From: Abditibacteriaceae bacterium
Lineage (GTDB): Bacteria; Armatimonadota; Abditibacteriia; Abditibacteriales; Abditibacteriaceae
DNA length: 64,000 bases
Assembly (NCBI GenBank): GCA_965277285.1
Contig: OZ255721.1
Location: 1,120,001-1,184,000, forward strand
Reading direction: 5' to 3'
The number at the start of each line of letters is the position of its first letter. Position 1 is the first letter of the stretch. The notes below the pieces were generated by a model that was not told the origin of the DNA, did no database searches, and saw nothing but the letters and a program-made list of their open reading frames with translations. Shown here piece after piece: positions 28,865-38,511 of the stretch. Position numbers and translations under genes: made by a program.

Positions 28865-29589
28865 CAGGCGTTCAAAATGTTTTGTAGAATCGAATTGGAA
28901 TACGAGCGCATTAAATCGGCGCGCCCTTTGCCGAACTTTTGCGCGACTTTTTCATAACCTGCCGACAAGCCGGAACAACGCCCCAGATTATGCGAATCGC
29001 TGGCGATCACAATGGGTTCAAAGGCGCGCAGAAGCATTTCCGACATCGTTTTCGATTGCGTGCTGGTCACGCCCAAAACGGAATCGACTGTCAATTGCAA
29101 AATCGCGCCACATTTCACCAAGTCCTGAATCAAGCGCGGATTACCCCGCAAATAAGGCGTACGTTCTGGATGCGCGATAATTGGCGTCGTGCCCTGCGCG
29201 ATCAACCACTCAATCGTTTGCAGCGCATCCGCGGGAACTTGCTCATCGCGCCAGGGAAACTCGATCAAGGTATACAGCGGCTTGTCGCCCAGATGGCAAA
29301 ACTCGCCGCTGTCGTAATGCGCGCGAAAATCTTCGCTGTTGAACAATGAAATTTCCGAGCCTGGCAAAACCGTAATTTTCGATTTGAGCGAAGCCAGCAA
29401 CGTGTTCAATGCTTCGACGCGCGGGTTGATGTCGTCGCGGAAAAGCGGCGCATTCTGGTTACAGTGCGGCGTCGCCACAACATGCGTGATGCCATCGCGC
29501 TCCATACGCTCGATCATTTCCAATGCTTCGGTCGACGATCTGGCGCCATCGTCCAATTCCGGCAAAATATGTGTGTGAATATCAATCAT
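28864..29589 (-). CDS. PHP-family tyrosine-protein phosphatase (CpsB/CapC/YwqE)
   Basis: MIDIHTHILPELDDG, VATPH, IAHPER, ASDSH. Confidence 0.9.
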   Translation of the reverse strand: MIDIHTHILPELDDGARSSTEALEMIERMERDGITHVVATPHCNQNAPLFRDDINPRVEALNTLLASLKSKITVLPGSEISLFNSEDFRAHYDSGEFCHLGDKPLYTLIEFPWRDEQVPADALQTIEWLIAQGTTPIIAHPERTPYLRGNPRLIQDLVKCGAILQLTVDSVLGVTSTQSKTMSEMLLRAFEPIVIASDSHNLGRCSGLSAGYEKVAQKFGKGRADLMRSYSNSILQNILNA

Positions 29590-29612
29590 CTTCGTTTATT
29601 TTCTTGACTTTG

Positions 29613-30362
29613 CTACTCATCCCATTTCACATCGCCCGCGAGAACACGCCGCAATCCTTTTTCCGTTTGCACTTCGAGTACTCCACTGGCGTCGATTCCC
29701 ACGGCGCGCCCGCGATAACTTTCACGTTCAGTTTCAACTCGCACGGTTTGTCCCTGCAAAAAATCACGACTTTGAAATTCGTGGCGCAAAGCGTCCCAAC
29801 CATCGCTTTCCTGCCATTTTTCATAACGACTTTGCAGCGCAAACATCAAATGTTTGAACAAGGCGTCACACGATTGCCAATCGCCACTTTCCATCTTCAG
29901 GGAAGAGGCTGGAAGTTTGGCGTCATGCGGCAAATCGTGCGCCTCAAAATTGACGTTCAGGCCAATACCGACGACCACAAACTCGACGCGCGCCGCATTG
30001 TTTTCGGTTTTCGCCTCGCTTAAGATGCCGCCAATTTTCTTGCCGTGCAAAACGATGTCGTTCGGCCATTTCACATTGGCGCGCAAAGTCGTCGTTTGCT
30101 CAACCGCATCGGCAGACGCCAAAGCCGCCAGCATCGTCATTTGCGCGACTTGCGCCATGTCGATTTCGGGTCGCAAAATCAGCGATACATAAAGCCCTAA
30201 ACCGGATGGTGAAACCCAGTTCCGGCCCAAACGCCCGCGCCCGCGCGTTTGTGCGTCGGCGCGCACTACGCTGCCATGCGACGCACCATCGCGCGCCCAA
30301 TTCATCGCGTCATCGTTGGTCGAAGCCGTTTCGCCCAGATGTTTCAAAGATTCGCCAAACAT
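29613..30362 (-). CDS. birA: Biotin-[acetyl-CoA-carboxylase] ligase (no HTH)
   Basis: STN, QTRGRGRLGRNW, KWPND, KIGGIL, GIGLNV. Confidence 0.93.
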   Translation of the reverse strand: MFGESLKHLGETASTNDDAMNWARDGASHGSVVRADAQTRGRGRLGRNWVSPSGLGLYVSLILRPEIDMAQVAQMTMLAALASADAVEQTTTLRANVKWPNDIVLHGKKIGGILSEAKTENNAARVEFVVVGIGLNVNFEAHDLPHDAKLPASSLKMESGDWQSCDALFKHLMFALQSRYEKWQESDGWDALRHEFQSRDFLQGQTVRVETERESYRGRAVGIDASGVLEVQTEKGLRRVLAGDVKWDE

Positions 30363-30371
30363 AATTCCCCG

Positions 30372-30494
30372 AACGAACCCGAAGCGTCAGCAAGGGAGAT
30401 GAGAAAGGAGGAAAGATGAGGTTGCAAGTGCTCAATCTTCATCCTTCTGCCTTCATCCTTCCGTTATCTCCCTCGCTGACGCTTCGGGTTCGTT
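30372..30494. repeat. REPIN-like element, family A
   Basis: aacgaacccgaagcgtcagcaagggagat...atctccctcgctgacgcttcgggttcgtt; purine/pyrimidine heptamer-like spacer. Confidence 0.85.
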
Positions 30495-30516
30495 GAATGT
30501 ATCGAGTACTCGATAC

Positions 30517-31368
30517 TTAAATTTCAATATCCAAACCAATATCCAGCGAACGCGCGCCGTGCGTTAAAGCGCCAACCGAAATAATATCGACGCCACTTTG
30601 CGCGATGCCGCGAACCGTTTCTAAATTGACGCCGCCACTCGCTTCGCACAAAGCGCGACCATCCACAATTTGGACAGCTTCGCGCAAGGTTTCGGCGTTC
30701 ATGTTGTCCAACAAAATGATGTCGGCGCGCGCGTCGGCGGCTTCTCTCACCTGCTCCAACGTGTCGCATTCGATTTCGATTTTGACAGCATGACCAATGT
30801 TCTTGCGCGCGCGCTCCATCGCCGCAGCGATGCCGCCACACAACGCGATGTGATTGTCTTTGATGAGAATCAAATCGTCCAGCGCAAAACGATGATTGGA
30901 GCCGCCGCCGCAGCGCACCGCGTACTTTTCGAGGAGGCGAAGTCCCGGTGTAGTTTTGCGCGTGTCGGCGATGCGCGCTTTAGTACCTTCAGTTTGCTGC
31001 ACAAATTGATGCGTCAGCGTCGCAATGCCGCTCAAGCGTTGCACAAAGTTCAAAGCGACGCGTTCGCCCGTCAAAACCGCGCGCGCCGAACCTTCGACTT
31101 CCAGCACAATATCGCCCGTTTTCAAACGCTCTCCATCGTTGCGCATTTGCGAAAAGTTTGCATCGAAATCGAGCAGCGAGAACGCGAGTTTCGCTGCTCC
31201 AATGCCCGCCAGAACGCCGTCTTCGCGCATCCGCATTTGCGCCTGCGCCGTCGCATCAAGCGGAATTAGCGCGTTCGTTGTAATGTCGCCCGAACGAATA
31301 TCTTCGCGCAACGCGGCTTCAACAAGCGGGCGAATTTGAAAGTCACTCAAATTAAATATATTGCTCAT
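30517..31368 (-). CDS. nadC: Nicotinate-nucleotide diphosphorylase (carboxylating)
   Basis: ALREDIRSGDITT, DTRKTTPG, LIKDNH, ILLDNM, EASGG. Confidence 0.95.
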   Translation of the reverse strand: MSNIFNLSDFQIRPLVEAALREDIRSGDITTNALIPLDATAQAQMRMREDGVLAGIGAAKLAFSLLDFDANFSQMRNDGERLKTGDIVLEVEGSARAVLTGERVALNFVQRLSGIATLTHQFVQQTEGTKARIADTRKTTPGLRLLEKYAVRCGGGSNHRFALDDLILIKDNHIALCGGIAAAMERARKNIGHAVKIEIECDTLEQVREAADARADIILLDNMNAETLREAVQIVDGRALCEASGGVNLETVRGIAQSGVDIISVGALTHGARSLDIGLDIEI

Positions 31369-31378
31369 AAAAACACGG

Positions 31379-31834
31379 TTATCGACCTCTAAATGATCCT
31401 GCGACGATTTCAATTTCCCAAGGGCGCTCAACCGCAAATTGCCATTCTTCATTCAAATTATTAGTAGCCAAAATAAATTTGTCTTGAATACTGACCGATT
31501 GGAATGGATTGGCGAAATCAAAGAATGCAATCCATCGAAGCTGCTTTGTATTTAACTCTTCCACTGCAACAAATCCATCGGCTCCCATTCCGCACTCACC
31601 AACAACAACCCTGATTCCAAGATCGCTATTCGATATTTCGTCCATGACCGCCACAGACGTGCAAGAAGCGTTCGCCAAAATTTCATCACTGCAAATAGAT
31701 TCTATGCGCAACTTCAATGGCAGCGAACGCGGCTGACCACCCGGCGCAATTAAATGTATTACACCCGAACTTTCCATCACACCATTTATGATGGCGACTT
31801 TTCCTTTACGCCAGTTTTCAGAGATTATATTCAT
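31379..31834 (-). CDS. Hypothetical protein (AT-rich)
   Basis: Fills the gap between kptA and nadC; GECGMGADGFVAV...ANPF pattern. Confidence 0.65.
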   Translation of the reverse strand: MNIISENWRKGKVAIINGVMESSGVIHLIAPGGQPRSLPLKLRIESICSDEILANASCTSVAVMDEISNSDLGIRVVVGECGMGADGFVAVEELNTKQLRWIAFFDFANPFQSVSIQDKFILATNNLNEEWQFAVERPWEIEIVAGSFRGR

Positions 31835-32383
31835 CTAATCGAGTACTCGAAGTGCGTTCGGCGGAACTTCATCAGCCAACCAAACACCATTGTCTGACAC
31901 AAAAAACTCAGTGCCCTGCTCGTGCAAAGTTTTAGCATCGACTTGCAGCACAACGGGTTTGCCATGTCGCGCGCCGACGGTTCTGGCGGTTTCCACATCA
32001 CGCGATAAATGAACGTGGTGGCGACGCATCGGGCGCAAACCTTCGCGCAAAATTGTGGCGACAGTTTGCGCGCCCGTTCCATGATACAAAACATCGGGCG
32101 GCGTTTGCGGCGAAAGTTGCAAGTCGATTTCGATGCTGTGACCTTGACTGGCGCGGATCTTTGTGCCATCGTCGCTAAACGAAAACCGTTGTTTCGAGTT
32201 CTCCGCGACAACGCGATTCAAATCGTCGCGCGTAAAGTGCATTGCATTTTTGGCGCAGGCACGCATCAAATCGTCCACCGAAATCCATCCGGCAGAATCC
32301 AGTTCCAAACCGATACGTTCGGGCGCGTGGCGCAAGTGCTTGCTCAAGTATTTGCTGATTTTTATCAAACGTTCAGGTGTCAT
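31835..32383 (-). CDS. kptA: RNA 2'-phosphotransferase (Tpt1/KptA)
   Basis: SKYLSKHLRH, KQRF, IRASQGHS, LYHGT, RHHVHLS, NGVWL; ATG overlaps the mutM stop. Confidence 0.92.
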   Translation of the reverse strand: MTPERLIKISKYLSKHLRHAPERIGLELDSAGWISVDDLMRACAKNAMHFTRDDLNRVVAENSKQRFSFSDDGTKIRASQGHSIEIDLQLSPQTPPDVLYHGTGAQTVATILREGLRPMRRHHVHLSRDVETARTVGARHGKPVVLQVDAKTLHEQGTEFFVSDNGVWLADEVPPNALRVLD

Positions 32384-33228
32384 TTCGTGGCCTTCATTTT
32401 CTGGCAGCGCGGACAAAAGTGATAGGAGCGCGCGCTCTTCCCGTTTCCCAAAACACCGCGCTGAATTGGAGTTTGACAGATCGCGCACGGTTCGTTGGTG
32501 TGACCGTAAACGTGCGGAATATATTCGCCGAAGTTGCCAAAAGTATCCTGATAACCGCCGTCTTTCAAGGTCGCGCCGCGCGCCGCAATCGCACGTTCCA
32601 AAACCGGTTTCATGTGCGACACGATTTCGCGCAATTTGCGCGGGGAAACTTCGCTGGCCATTTGCGCCGGATGAACACCAGCCAGAAAACAAACTTCGTC
32701 AGCGTAAATGTTTCCCAGACCGGCGACCAGACTTTGATCGAGCAGCGCCGCTTTAATCTTCGTCTTTCGAGTACTCAATTTCTTCGCCAGCGCGAGTTCA
32801 TCGAAATCCGAATCCAAAGGTTCCGGCCCCATCGCGCTTAAAAACGGCAGTTCGCGCGCCACGCCCAGGGCGCCGAAAGTGCGCGGATCGGTAAAAACTA
32901 ATCGCTTGCCATTTGCAAATTGCAATACGCCATGAACGTGTTTGGGCAACGTTTCGGCGCTCAATTGACCATGGTTTTCTTCGACGTGCAGTCGTCCCGT
33001 CATGCCAAGATGAACCAGCAAATTCGACTCGTTGTCGAGCGGAAAATAAAGCTGCTTGCCGCGCCGTTTGGCGCCGATGATTCGCGCACCTTGCAATGTT
33101 GATTGAAACTCTTCAACGCTCGGTTTGGTGATGCGCGGCAAACGCGCCCAGGTTTGCACAACCGTTTCGCCGACGATTTGCGGCTCGAGTTGACGACGCA
33201 CAGTTTCAGCTTCGGGAAGTTCAGGCAT
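32380..33228 (-). CDS. mutM: Formamidopyrimidine-DNA glycosylase
   Basis: MPELPE, RRGK, HLGMTG, DPRTFG, GLGNIYADE, C-terminal zinc finger. Confidence 0.95.
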   Translation of the reverse strand: MPELPEAETVRRQLEPQIVGETVVQTWARLPRITKPSVEEFQSTLQGARIIGAKRRGKQLYFPLDNESNLLVHLGMTGRLHVEENHGQLSAETLPKHVHGVLQFANGKRLVFTDPRTFGALGVARELPFLSAMGPEPLDSDFDELALAKKLSTRKTKIKAALLDQSLVAGLGNIYADEVCFLAGVHPAQMASEVSPRKLREIVSHMKPVLERAIAARGATLKDGGYQDTFGNFGEYIPHVYGHTNEPCAICQTPIQRGVLGNGKSARSYHFCPRCQKMKATK

Positions 33229-33284
33229 AAGAAATCGAACGTTTAAGAACGTGTCGCGGTTGCTTTGGCGAACAAACAAAAATA

Positions 33285-33393
33285 GGACATGGCAGTTGCG
33301 CCGACACGGATTAAACGGGTAAAGACGGATCAGAATTAAATTAATAAACCCATGTTCATCCGTTTAATCCATGTCGGCGCAGCCGCCGTGTCC
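33285..33393. repeat. Imperfect inverted-repeat element, family B
   Basis: ggacatggcagttgcgccgacacggattaaacgg...ccgtttaatccatgtcggcgcagccgccgtgtcc; related copy at 57055. Confidence 0.7.
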
Positions 33394-33397
33394 CAAT

Positions 33398-34348
33398 CTA
33401 TGAAAGCACTTTTCCAGAAGAACGCAGCAGATTGAGTTTTAAGAGTAGAAACGGTGCGCCAAAGGTGATCCAGATTGTCAGCAAAGTGTAACGAATAAAG
33501 CGGAAAATTTGCGCCGCAATTTCCGGCTGATGCGGAGAAACCAACGCCAAACCTTCGTAGCAAACTATTACGCCGATGAGCGCAACAATGAAACGCAACA
33601 CTTTTTGAGGCAACGTTCCAACGGTTTCAAAACGTGCGCAACGTTGTGCCCAACTCGCGCCGCAACCCAAACCAAAAATCGCTCCGCTGCGTGCTACAAT
33701 CGCATCCCAAACGCGCGCCTGTGCAAAATAATTGGCGTAAGAAACCGCTGAACTGGGAACAACGAGTACTCGAATCGCGCCGAACAAAGCCAACATCAAA
33801 AACGCGATGAGCAACGAAGAACCGATTTGAAGCGCCAAATGTTGTCTGGCGAACCAACGCGAAAAACGCGGCTCGATTTTTAGAAAAACCCAGAGGAAGG
33901 CGACACCAATCAAGACGCCGCCAGCGACATCAAGCAAAAAATGCACGCCCAGAAAAACGCGCGAAATCGCAATCAAAGCGATCAGCAAAGTTGCGGCGAA
34001 ATACGTCCAACTTCGTTTCGACTGATGCGCCAGAAAAAGCCATCCCGATGCCGCGACTTGTGCATGGCTCGACGGAAAACCGAAACTCGCTTCAGTTGCG
34101 AAAACCTTGACGCGCGCATCAATCCAATACGGACGCGGCAGCGAAAACGCGATTTTCAACAAGCCGCATAATGCGTCAGAACATAAAATCAGCGCGCCCA
34201 AACGCAAGCCAATGCTGCGATTGATGCACAAATAAACGAGCGGCAAAAGCAACAAGAAAAACTCTTCGTTGCCCAAAAAAGTCGCCGCTTTCATCAAGGG
34301 CGTGAGAAATTGAAAATGTTGCAGCCAAAGGTTGGGAGCCGTAGACAT
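33398..34348 (-). CDS. PAP2 family membrane phosphatase
   Basis: KIAFSLPRP, FPSSHAQ, SRVFLGVHF. Confidence 0.88.
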   Translation of the reverse strand: MSTAPNLWLQHFQFLTPLMKAATFLGNEEFFLLLLPLVYLCINRSIGLRLGALILCSDALCGLLKIAFSLPRPYWIDARVKVFATEASFGFPSSHAQVAASGWLFLAHQSKRSWTYFAATLLIALIAISRVFLGVHFLLDVAGGVLIGVAFLWVFLKIEPRFSRWFARQHLALQIGSSLLIAFLMLALFGAIRVLVVPSSAVSYANYFAQARVWDAIVARSGAIFGLGCGASWAQRCARFETVGTLPQKVLRFIVALIGVIVCYEGLALVSPHQPEIAAQIFRFIRYTLLTIWITFGAPFLLLKLNLLRSSGKVLS

Positions 34349-34399
34349 AAAAAGCGCGAATCGAGTACTCGATTCGCGGTGGAAAGATTTAAGACGACG

Positions 34400-34467
34400 A
34401 GCGAACCCGAAGCGTGAGCGAGGGAGATCCGTTTGATAATCTCCCTCGCTCACGCTTCGGGTTCGCT
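34400..34467. repeat. REPIN-like element, family A
   Basis: agcgaacccgaagcgtgagcgagggagat...atctccctcgctcacgcttcgggttcgct. Confidence 0.88.
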
Positions 34468-35452
34468 AAGAAACTGCTGCGTTGCCGACGACTTCGCGGC
34501 CATCGAAATCGCCGTATTTGCGGTAACGCTGGTAACGCTGCTCGATTAAATCGTTCGAGGATAAACGCGACAATTCATTTAAGTGGCGATCCAAGGCATC
34601 GCCCAGCGCCATGCACATTTTGCCCAGATTACGATGCGCGCCGCCCAAGGGTTCGGGCACGATTTCTTCGATAATTCCCAAACGCTGCGCGTCCTGCGCA
34701 GTAATCTTCAAAGCTTCGGCACTATCGGCTGCTTTGGCCGGATCACGGTAGAGAATGCTGGCGCAACCTTCGGGCGAAATCACCGAATAATACGAATGTT
34801 CCAGCATCATTACGCGGTCGCCCAATGCCAGCGCAATCGCGCCGCCGGAGCAGCCTTCGCCGGTAATGACAACGACAATCGGCACGGGCAACTGGCTCAT
34901 AACCCATTGATTGCGCGCAATCGCTTCAGAAATGCCGCGTTCTTCGGCTGCCGGCGTGCAGGCGGCGCCTGGCGTATCGACAAAACTAATAATTGGGCGA
35001 TTGTAGCGCGCCGCGAGTTCCATCACGCGCTGGGCTTTGCGCAGACCTTCGGGGCTGGCTTGTCCAAAATTGCGCTCCTGGCGTTCTTTGGTGTCGCGGC
35101 CTTTCTGGTTGCCGATAATGGCGACGGCGCGGCCATTGAAGCGACCAAAACCGGCGATGATGGCGCCATCGTCGCCGTAAGCGCGGTCACCGTGCAATTC
35201 GACCCATTCGGAACAAAGGGCGCCGACATAATCGAGCGCATAAGGGCGCTTGGGATGACGCGCCATTTGCACTTTTTCCCACGGCGTCAAGTCGGAGAAG
35301 ATGTCGCGCATGGCAGCTTGCTTGCGGTCTTCCAAACGCGCCAGTTGCGGCGACACATCAATGCCTTCGCGCGCGGCTAAAGTCTTGAGTTTTTCGATTT
35401 GTTCTTCCAGTGCGACGAGGGGTTCTTCCAAAGGTAACCAACGCGAAAGCAT
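34466..35452 (-). CDS. accA: Acetyl-CoA carboxylase carboxyltransferase alpha subunit
   Basis: ARHPKRP, ELHGDR, QKGRDTKE, DTPGA, YSVISPEGCASIL. Confidence 0.96.
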   Translation of the reverse strand: MLSRWLPLEEPLVALEEQIEKLKTLAAREGIDVSPQLARLEDRKQAAMRDIFSDLTPWEKVQMARHPKRPYALDYVGALCSEWVELHGDRAYGDDGAIIAGFGRFNGRAVAIIGNQKGRDTKERQERNFGQASPEGLRKAQRVMELAARYNRPIISFVDTPGAACTPAAEERGISEAIARNQWVMSQLPVPIVVVITGEGCSGGAIALALGDRVMMLEHSYYSVISPEGCASILYRDPAKAADSAEALKITAQDAQRLGIIEEIVPEPLGGAHRNLGKMCMALGDALDRHLNELSRLSSNDLIEQRYQRYRKYGDFDGREVVGNAAVS

Positions 35453-35541
35453 GACGACTCCGAATGAGTGCGGTTTAAGTTTGTATCAAGAAATCAAGAA
35501 ATACGGCGTTTCGAGTACTCGATTTCAATTTCGTGTGGCGC

Positions 35542-35627
35542 AACGAACCCGCAGCGTAAGCGACGGGCTTAAGTGATAGCTAAATGTAAGTGCTGCTTAA
35601 GCCCGTCGCTTACGCTGCGGGTTCGTT
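35542..35627. repeat. REPIN-like element, family A
   Basis: aacgaacccgcagcgtaagcgacgggcttaag...cttaagcccgtcgcttacgctgcgggttcgtt. Confidence 0.88.
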
Positions 35628-36618
35628 AATCCAGCAATAAGCCCAAGATTTGGCCGATGGATTCTTTTAATTTGGCGCGCGAAACGATCATGTCCAATTG
35701 CCCGTGCGCCATTTGAAACTCCGCCGATTGAAAATCTTTCGGCAATTTGATACGCAAGTTCTGCTCGATAACGCGCGCTCCGGTGAAACCAATCAAAGCG
35801 CCTGGTTCGGCGATTGTTACATCGCCTAAAGACGCAAACGAGGCTTGAACTCCGGCGGTCGAAGGATCGGTTAAAACCACGATGTACGGCAAGCCGGCGT
35901 TTTGCAGGCGCGCCACGGCGGACGACGTTTTCGCCATTTGCATCAGGCTCATCAAGCCTTCCTGCATGCGCGCGCCGCCGGTACTTGTCACCATGATGGC
36001 GGGAATTTTTTCGTCCAGGCAATGTTCCAGCAGGCGCGTCACTTTTTCGCCGAAAACGCTGCCCATCGAGCCGCCCATAAAACCGAAATCGCTGGCGCCA
36101 ATTCCGAGTACTCGATTGTCCAAAGTCGCGCGACCAATGACGCACGAATCTTTGAGATGCGTTTTCAGTTGCGCTACGGTACGCTTGGCTTCGTAACCTG
36201 GAAAACCCAGCGGATCGCGCGGCGAAAGCTCGCTGTCCCATTCCTGAAAGGAATTTTCGTCAATTAAAAGCGCGATGCGTTCGTGCGCAGGAAGTCGCGT
36301 GTGATGGTTGCAACGCGCGCAAACTTTGAGGTCGCGCAGCCAATCTTTGGTGACCAGAAGCGCGCCGCAGTGCTCGCATTTAGTCATCAAATTATCGGGG
36401 ATACTTTCCAGGCGAATGGTGGAATCGCGGTCGGCAGACTGCAGACCGTTTGGATAAGCGCTGGCGTTTTGAGACGACACACCGTTTTCTTCCTGCCCGT
36501 TTTGAGGCGCGCTCTGCGGAGCGAAACCGTTCAAGTGCGCGCCGCTGCCGCCGTTTTGTGAAAGCCCGTGATTGATACCGTTGGTCATGTGAGGTTGGAG
36601 CGAATCTGTCATCGCCAT
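35626..36618 (-). CDS. accD: Acetyl-CoA carboxylase carboxyltransferase beta subunit (long low-complexity N-terminus)
   Basis: C4 zinc finger, FMGGSMG, GGARMQEG, AEPGALIGFTG. Confidence 0.95.
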   Translation of the reverse strand: MAMTDSLQPHMTNGINHGLSQNGGSGAHLNGFAPQSAPQNGQEENGVSSQNASAYPNGLQSADRDSTIRLESIPDNLMTKCEHCGALLVTKDWLRDLKVCARCNHHTRLPAHERIALLIDENSFQEWDSELSPRDPLGFPGYEAKRTVAQLKTHLKDSCVIGRATLDNRVLGIGASDFGFMGGSMGSVFGEKVTRLLEHCLDEKIPAIMVTSTGGARMQEGLMSLMQMAKTSSAVARLQNAGLPYIVVLTDPSTAGVQASFASLGDVTIAEPGALIGFTGARVIEQNLRIKLPKDFQSAEFQMAHGQLDMIVSRAKLKESIGQILGLLLD

Positions 36619-36800
36619 CGAAATTCCCTGTTAAAACTCTTTAATCTTCTCTGATTTGGCGCTTTCCTTCAAGCCGGACGCGCGATACGCAAAGTCTGCA
36701 ATTGTTGCCGAAGGGCGCGCCGCGTAAAATAATGCACGTCAGACGCCGCGTTTTGCCCGATTTTGCGCCGCTTCGAGTACTCGATTTCGCTTTTCCTCTT

Positions 36801-38015
36801 ATGCAACACAATCTTTCCGACAATTCCGAAAACTCTTCTGAATCCGATTGGCGTTCTGCCACGCCAGATTCCACACCCAGTTCCGCGTCGTCTTCGGCCA
36901 GCGATTTGACGCCTGAACGCGCGCGCATCGACGCTCTGGACGACGAGATTTTAAGTTTGCTCAATCAACGCGTCGAATGTGCGCTGCGCGTCGGCGCGAA
37001 AAAAGAAGCGCTCGGCTTGCCGCTTTTCGACCCAAGCCGCGAACGCCTGATTTACGAACGCTTGCGCACCAAAAGTTTGCAACACGGCAGCGCGCTCAGC
37101 GAAATCGCCGTGACCGCGATTTTCCGCGAAATCATTTCCGCTTGCCGCAATGCCGAAGGCGCCACGCGCGTCGCGTTTCTTGGCCCCAGCGGAACCAATA
37201 CGCAGGAAGCCGCCGTGCAGTATTTCGGTTCGGCCTTCGCGCCGGTTCCCTGCGGCACGCCCAAAGACGTATGCGACGCGGTTTTGCGTGGTCTTCAAGG
37301 ACGCAATTCGAGTACTGGAAATGCGCCCGACAGCGCCGATTATGGCGTCATCGCCATTGAAAACTCGATTGAAGGAATCGTGTCGTCCAACCTTGATTTG
37401 CTGGCCGATTCTGAACTCGCAATCGTCGCCGAAATCGAGCTGGTGATTCATCATTGCCTGTTGTCGAACGCCGATTTAGGTCGCATCACGACGATTTATT
37501 CTCACCCGCACGCAATTGCGCAATGTCGCAACTGGCTCGCGGCGCATTTGCCGTCTTCGTCGCTGGTTCCGGTTTCCAGCACGGCGCGCGGCGCGGAAAT
37601 GGCGACAACCGAAACTGGCGCCGCAGCCATCGGCGCTTCGATTGCCGCCAACATTTACGGCTTGCAAATCGTGGCCAGCGGCATCGAAGATTTGTCGAAC
37701 AATAAAACGCGCTTTTTCGTGGTCGCGCCGCCCAGCAAAGCGCCCAAACCCAGCGGACACGATAAAACGTCGCTGGCGTTTTTGGTGCCTCATCAGCCGG
37801 GCGCGCTGGTTCGAGTACTCGATGTCTTCCAAAAGCACGGCATCAACCTTTCGATGATCCAATCGCGGCCTTCGCGCCAGGCGAACTGGGAATATCGCTT
37901 TTTCGCCGATGTGCAAGCGCATCAAGGCGACGAACATTTGCAAAATGCTTTGGCTGAACTCAACAAACACACGGTTTCCGTGAAAATTATGGGCAGCTAT
38001 CCCGAAGCGAGTTGA
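36801..38015 (+). CDS. pheA: Chorismate mutase / prephenate dehydratase
   Basis: RARIDALD CM domain, FLGPSGT, ENSIEG, NKTRF, ACT domain QSRP. Confidence 0.93.
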   Translation: MQHNLSDNSENSSESDWRSATPDSTPSSASSSASDLTPERARIDALDDEILSLLNQRVECALRVGAKKEALGLPLFDPSRERLIYERLRTKSLQHGSALSEIAVTAIFREIISACRNAEGATRVAFLGPSGTNTQEAAVQYFGSAFAPVPCGTPKDVCDAVLRGLQGRNSSTGNAPDSADYGVIAIENSIEGIVSSNLDLLADSELAIVAEIELVIHHCLLSNADLGRITTIYSHPHAIAQCRNWLAAHLPSSSLVPVSSTARGAEMATTETGAAAIGASIAANIYGLQIVASGIEDLSNNKTRFFVVAPPSKAPKPSGHDKTSLAFLVPHQPGALVRVLDVFQKHGINLSMIQSRPSRQANWEYRFFADVQAHQGDEHLQNALAELNKHTVSVKIMGSYPEAS

Positions 38016-38051
38016 GTGCTGCTTCAATGGTATTCAAAAGGAATCGAGTAC

Positions 38052-38498
38052 TCAATTCTCGGCAATGAATAACGTTCCGTGTCTGGCCGCTATCGAGTGA
38101 ATCTTTGCTTCCGTTATTCCATGTGCTCTAAGCGGGCCGCCACCATCATCAATCAGAACGCCGCCCACCGAGTCGGAACCTGACTCAACGGCTGTCGCAG
38201 CTTGTCGGTCGTATTCAATTTCCGAGCGTTCAATGAGCTGATTCGATCCTTTCACCGTATAAGCAACGACGAAGCGATTGATTCCCACATGTGTTTTCAA
38301 GAGTTGCGATAGTTTCTGCCAAGTCCGACGTTCGCCTGTTTCAGCATCGGGAACTACACCTAAATCAAGCCGCAGCGGTTTCTCTTCCACTGTTTTGTGC
38401 TTGAGTGCCAAAACGAAAACTGGTGTCAGAGAAATCAGCACGAAAAATGCGAGTGTTTTTCTCTTTTTCGACTTCTTATTCTCAATAGAAAATGACAT
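38052..38498 (-). CDS. Hypothetical membrane-anchored protein
   Basis: Basic N-terminus then a hydrophobic segment; GAGGA upstream. Confidence 0.55.
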   Translation of the reverse strand: MSFSIENKKSKKRKTLAFFVLISLTPVFVLALKHKTVEEKPLRLDLGVVPDAETGERRTWQKLSQLLKTHVGINRFVVAYTVKGSNQLIERSEIEYDRQAATAVESGSDSVGGVLIDDGGGPLRAHGITEAKIHSIAARHGTLFIAEN

Positions 38499-38511
38499 CA
38501 AGTTCCTCGTT

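Noticed and set aside
31835..32692. 285-aa extended KptA
   Set aside because: The extension overlaps mutM in another frame. The Tpt1 domain starts at ATG 32383.
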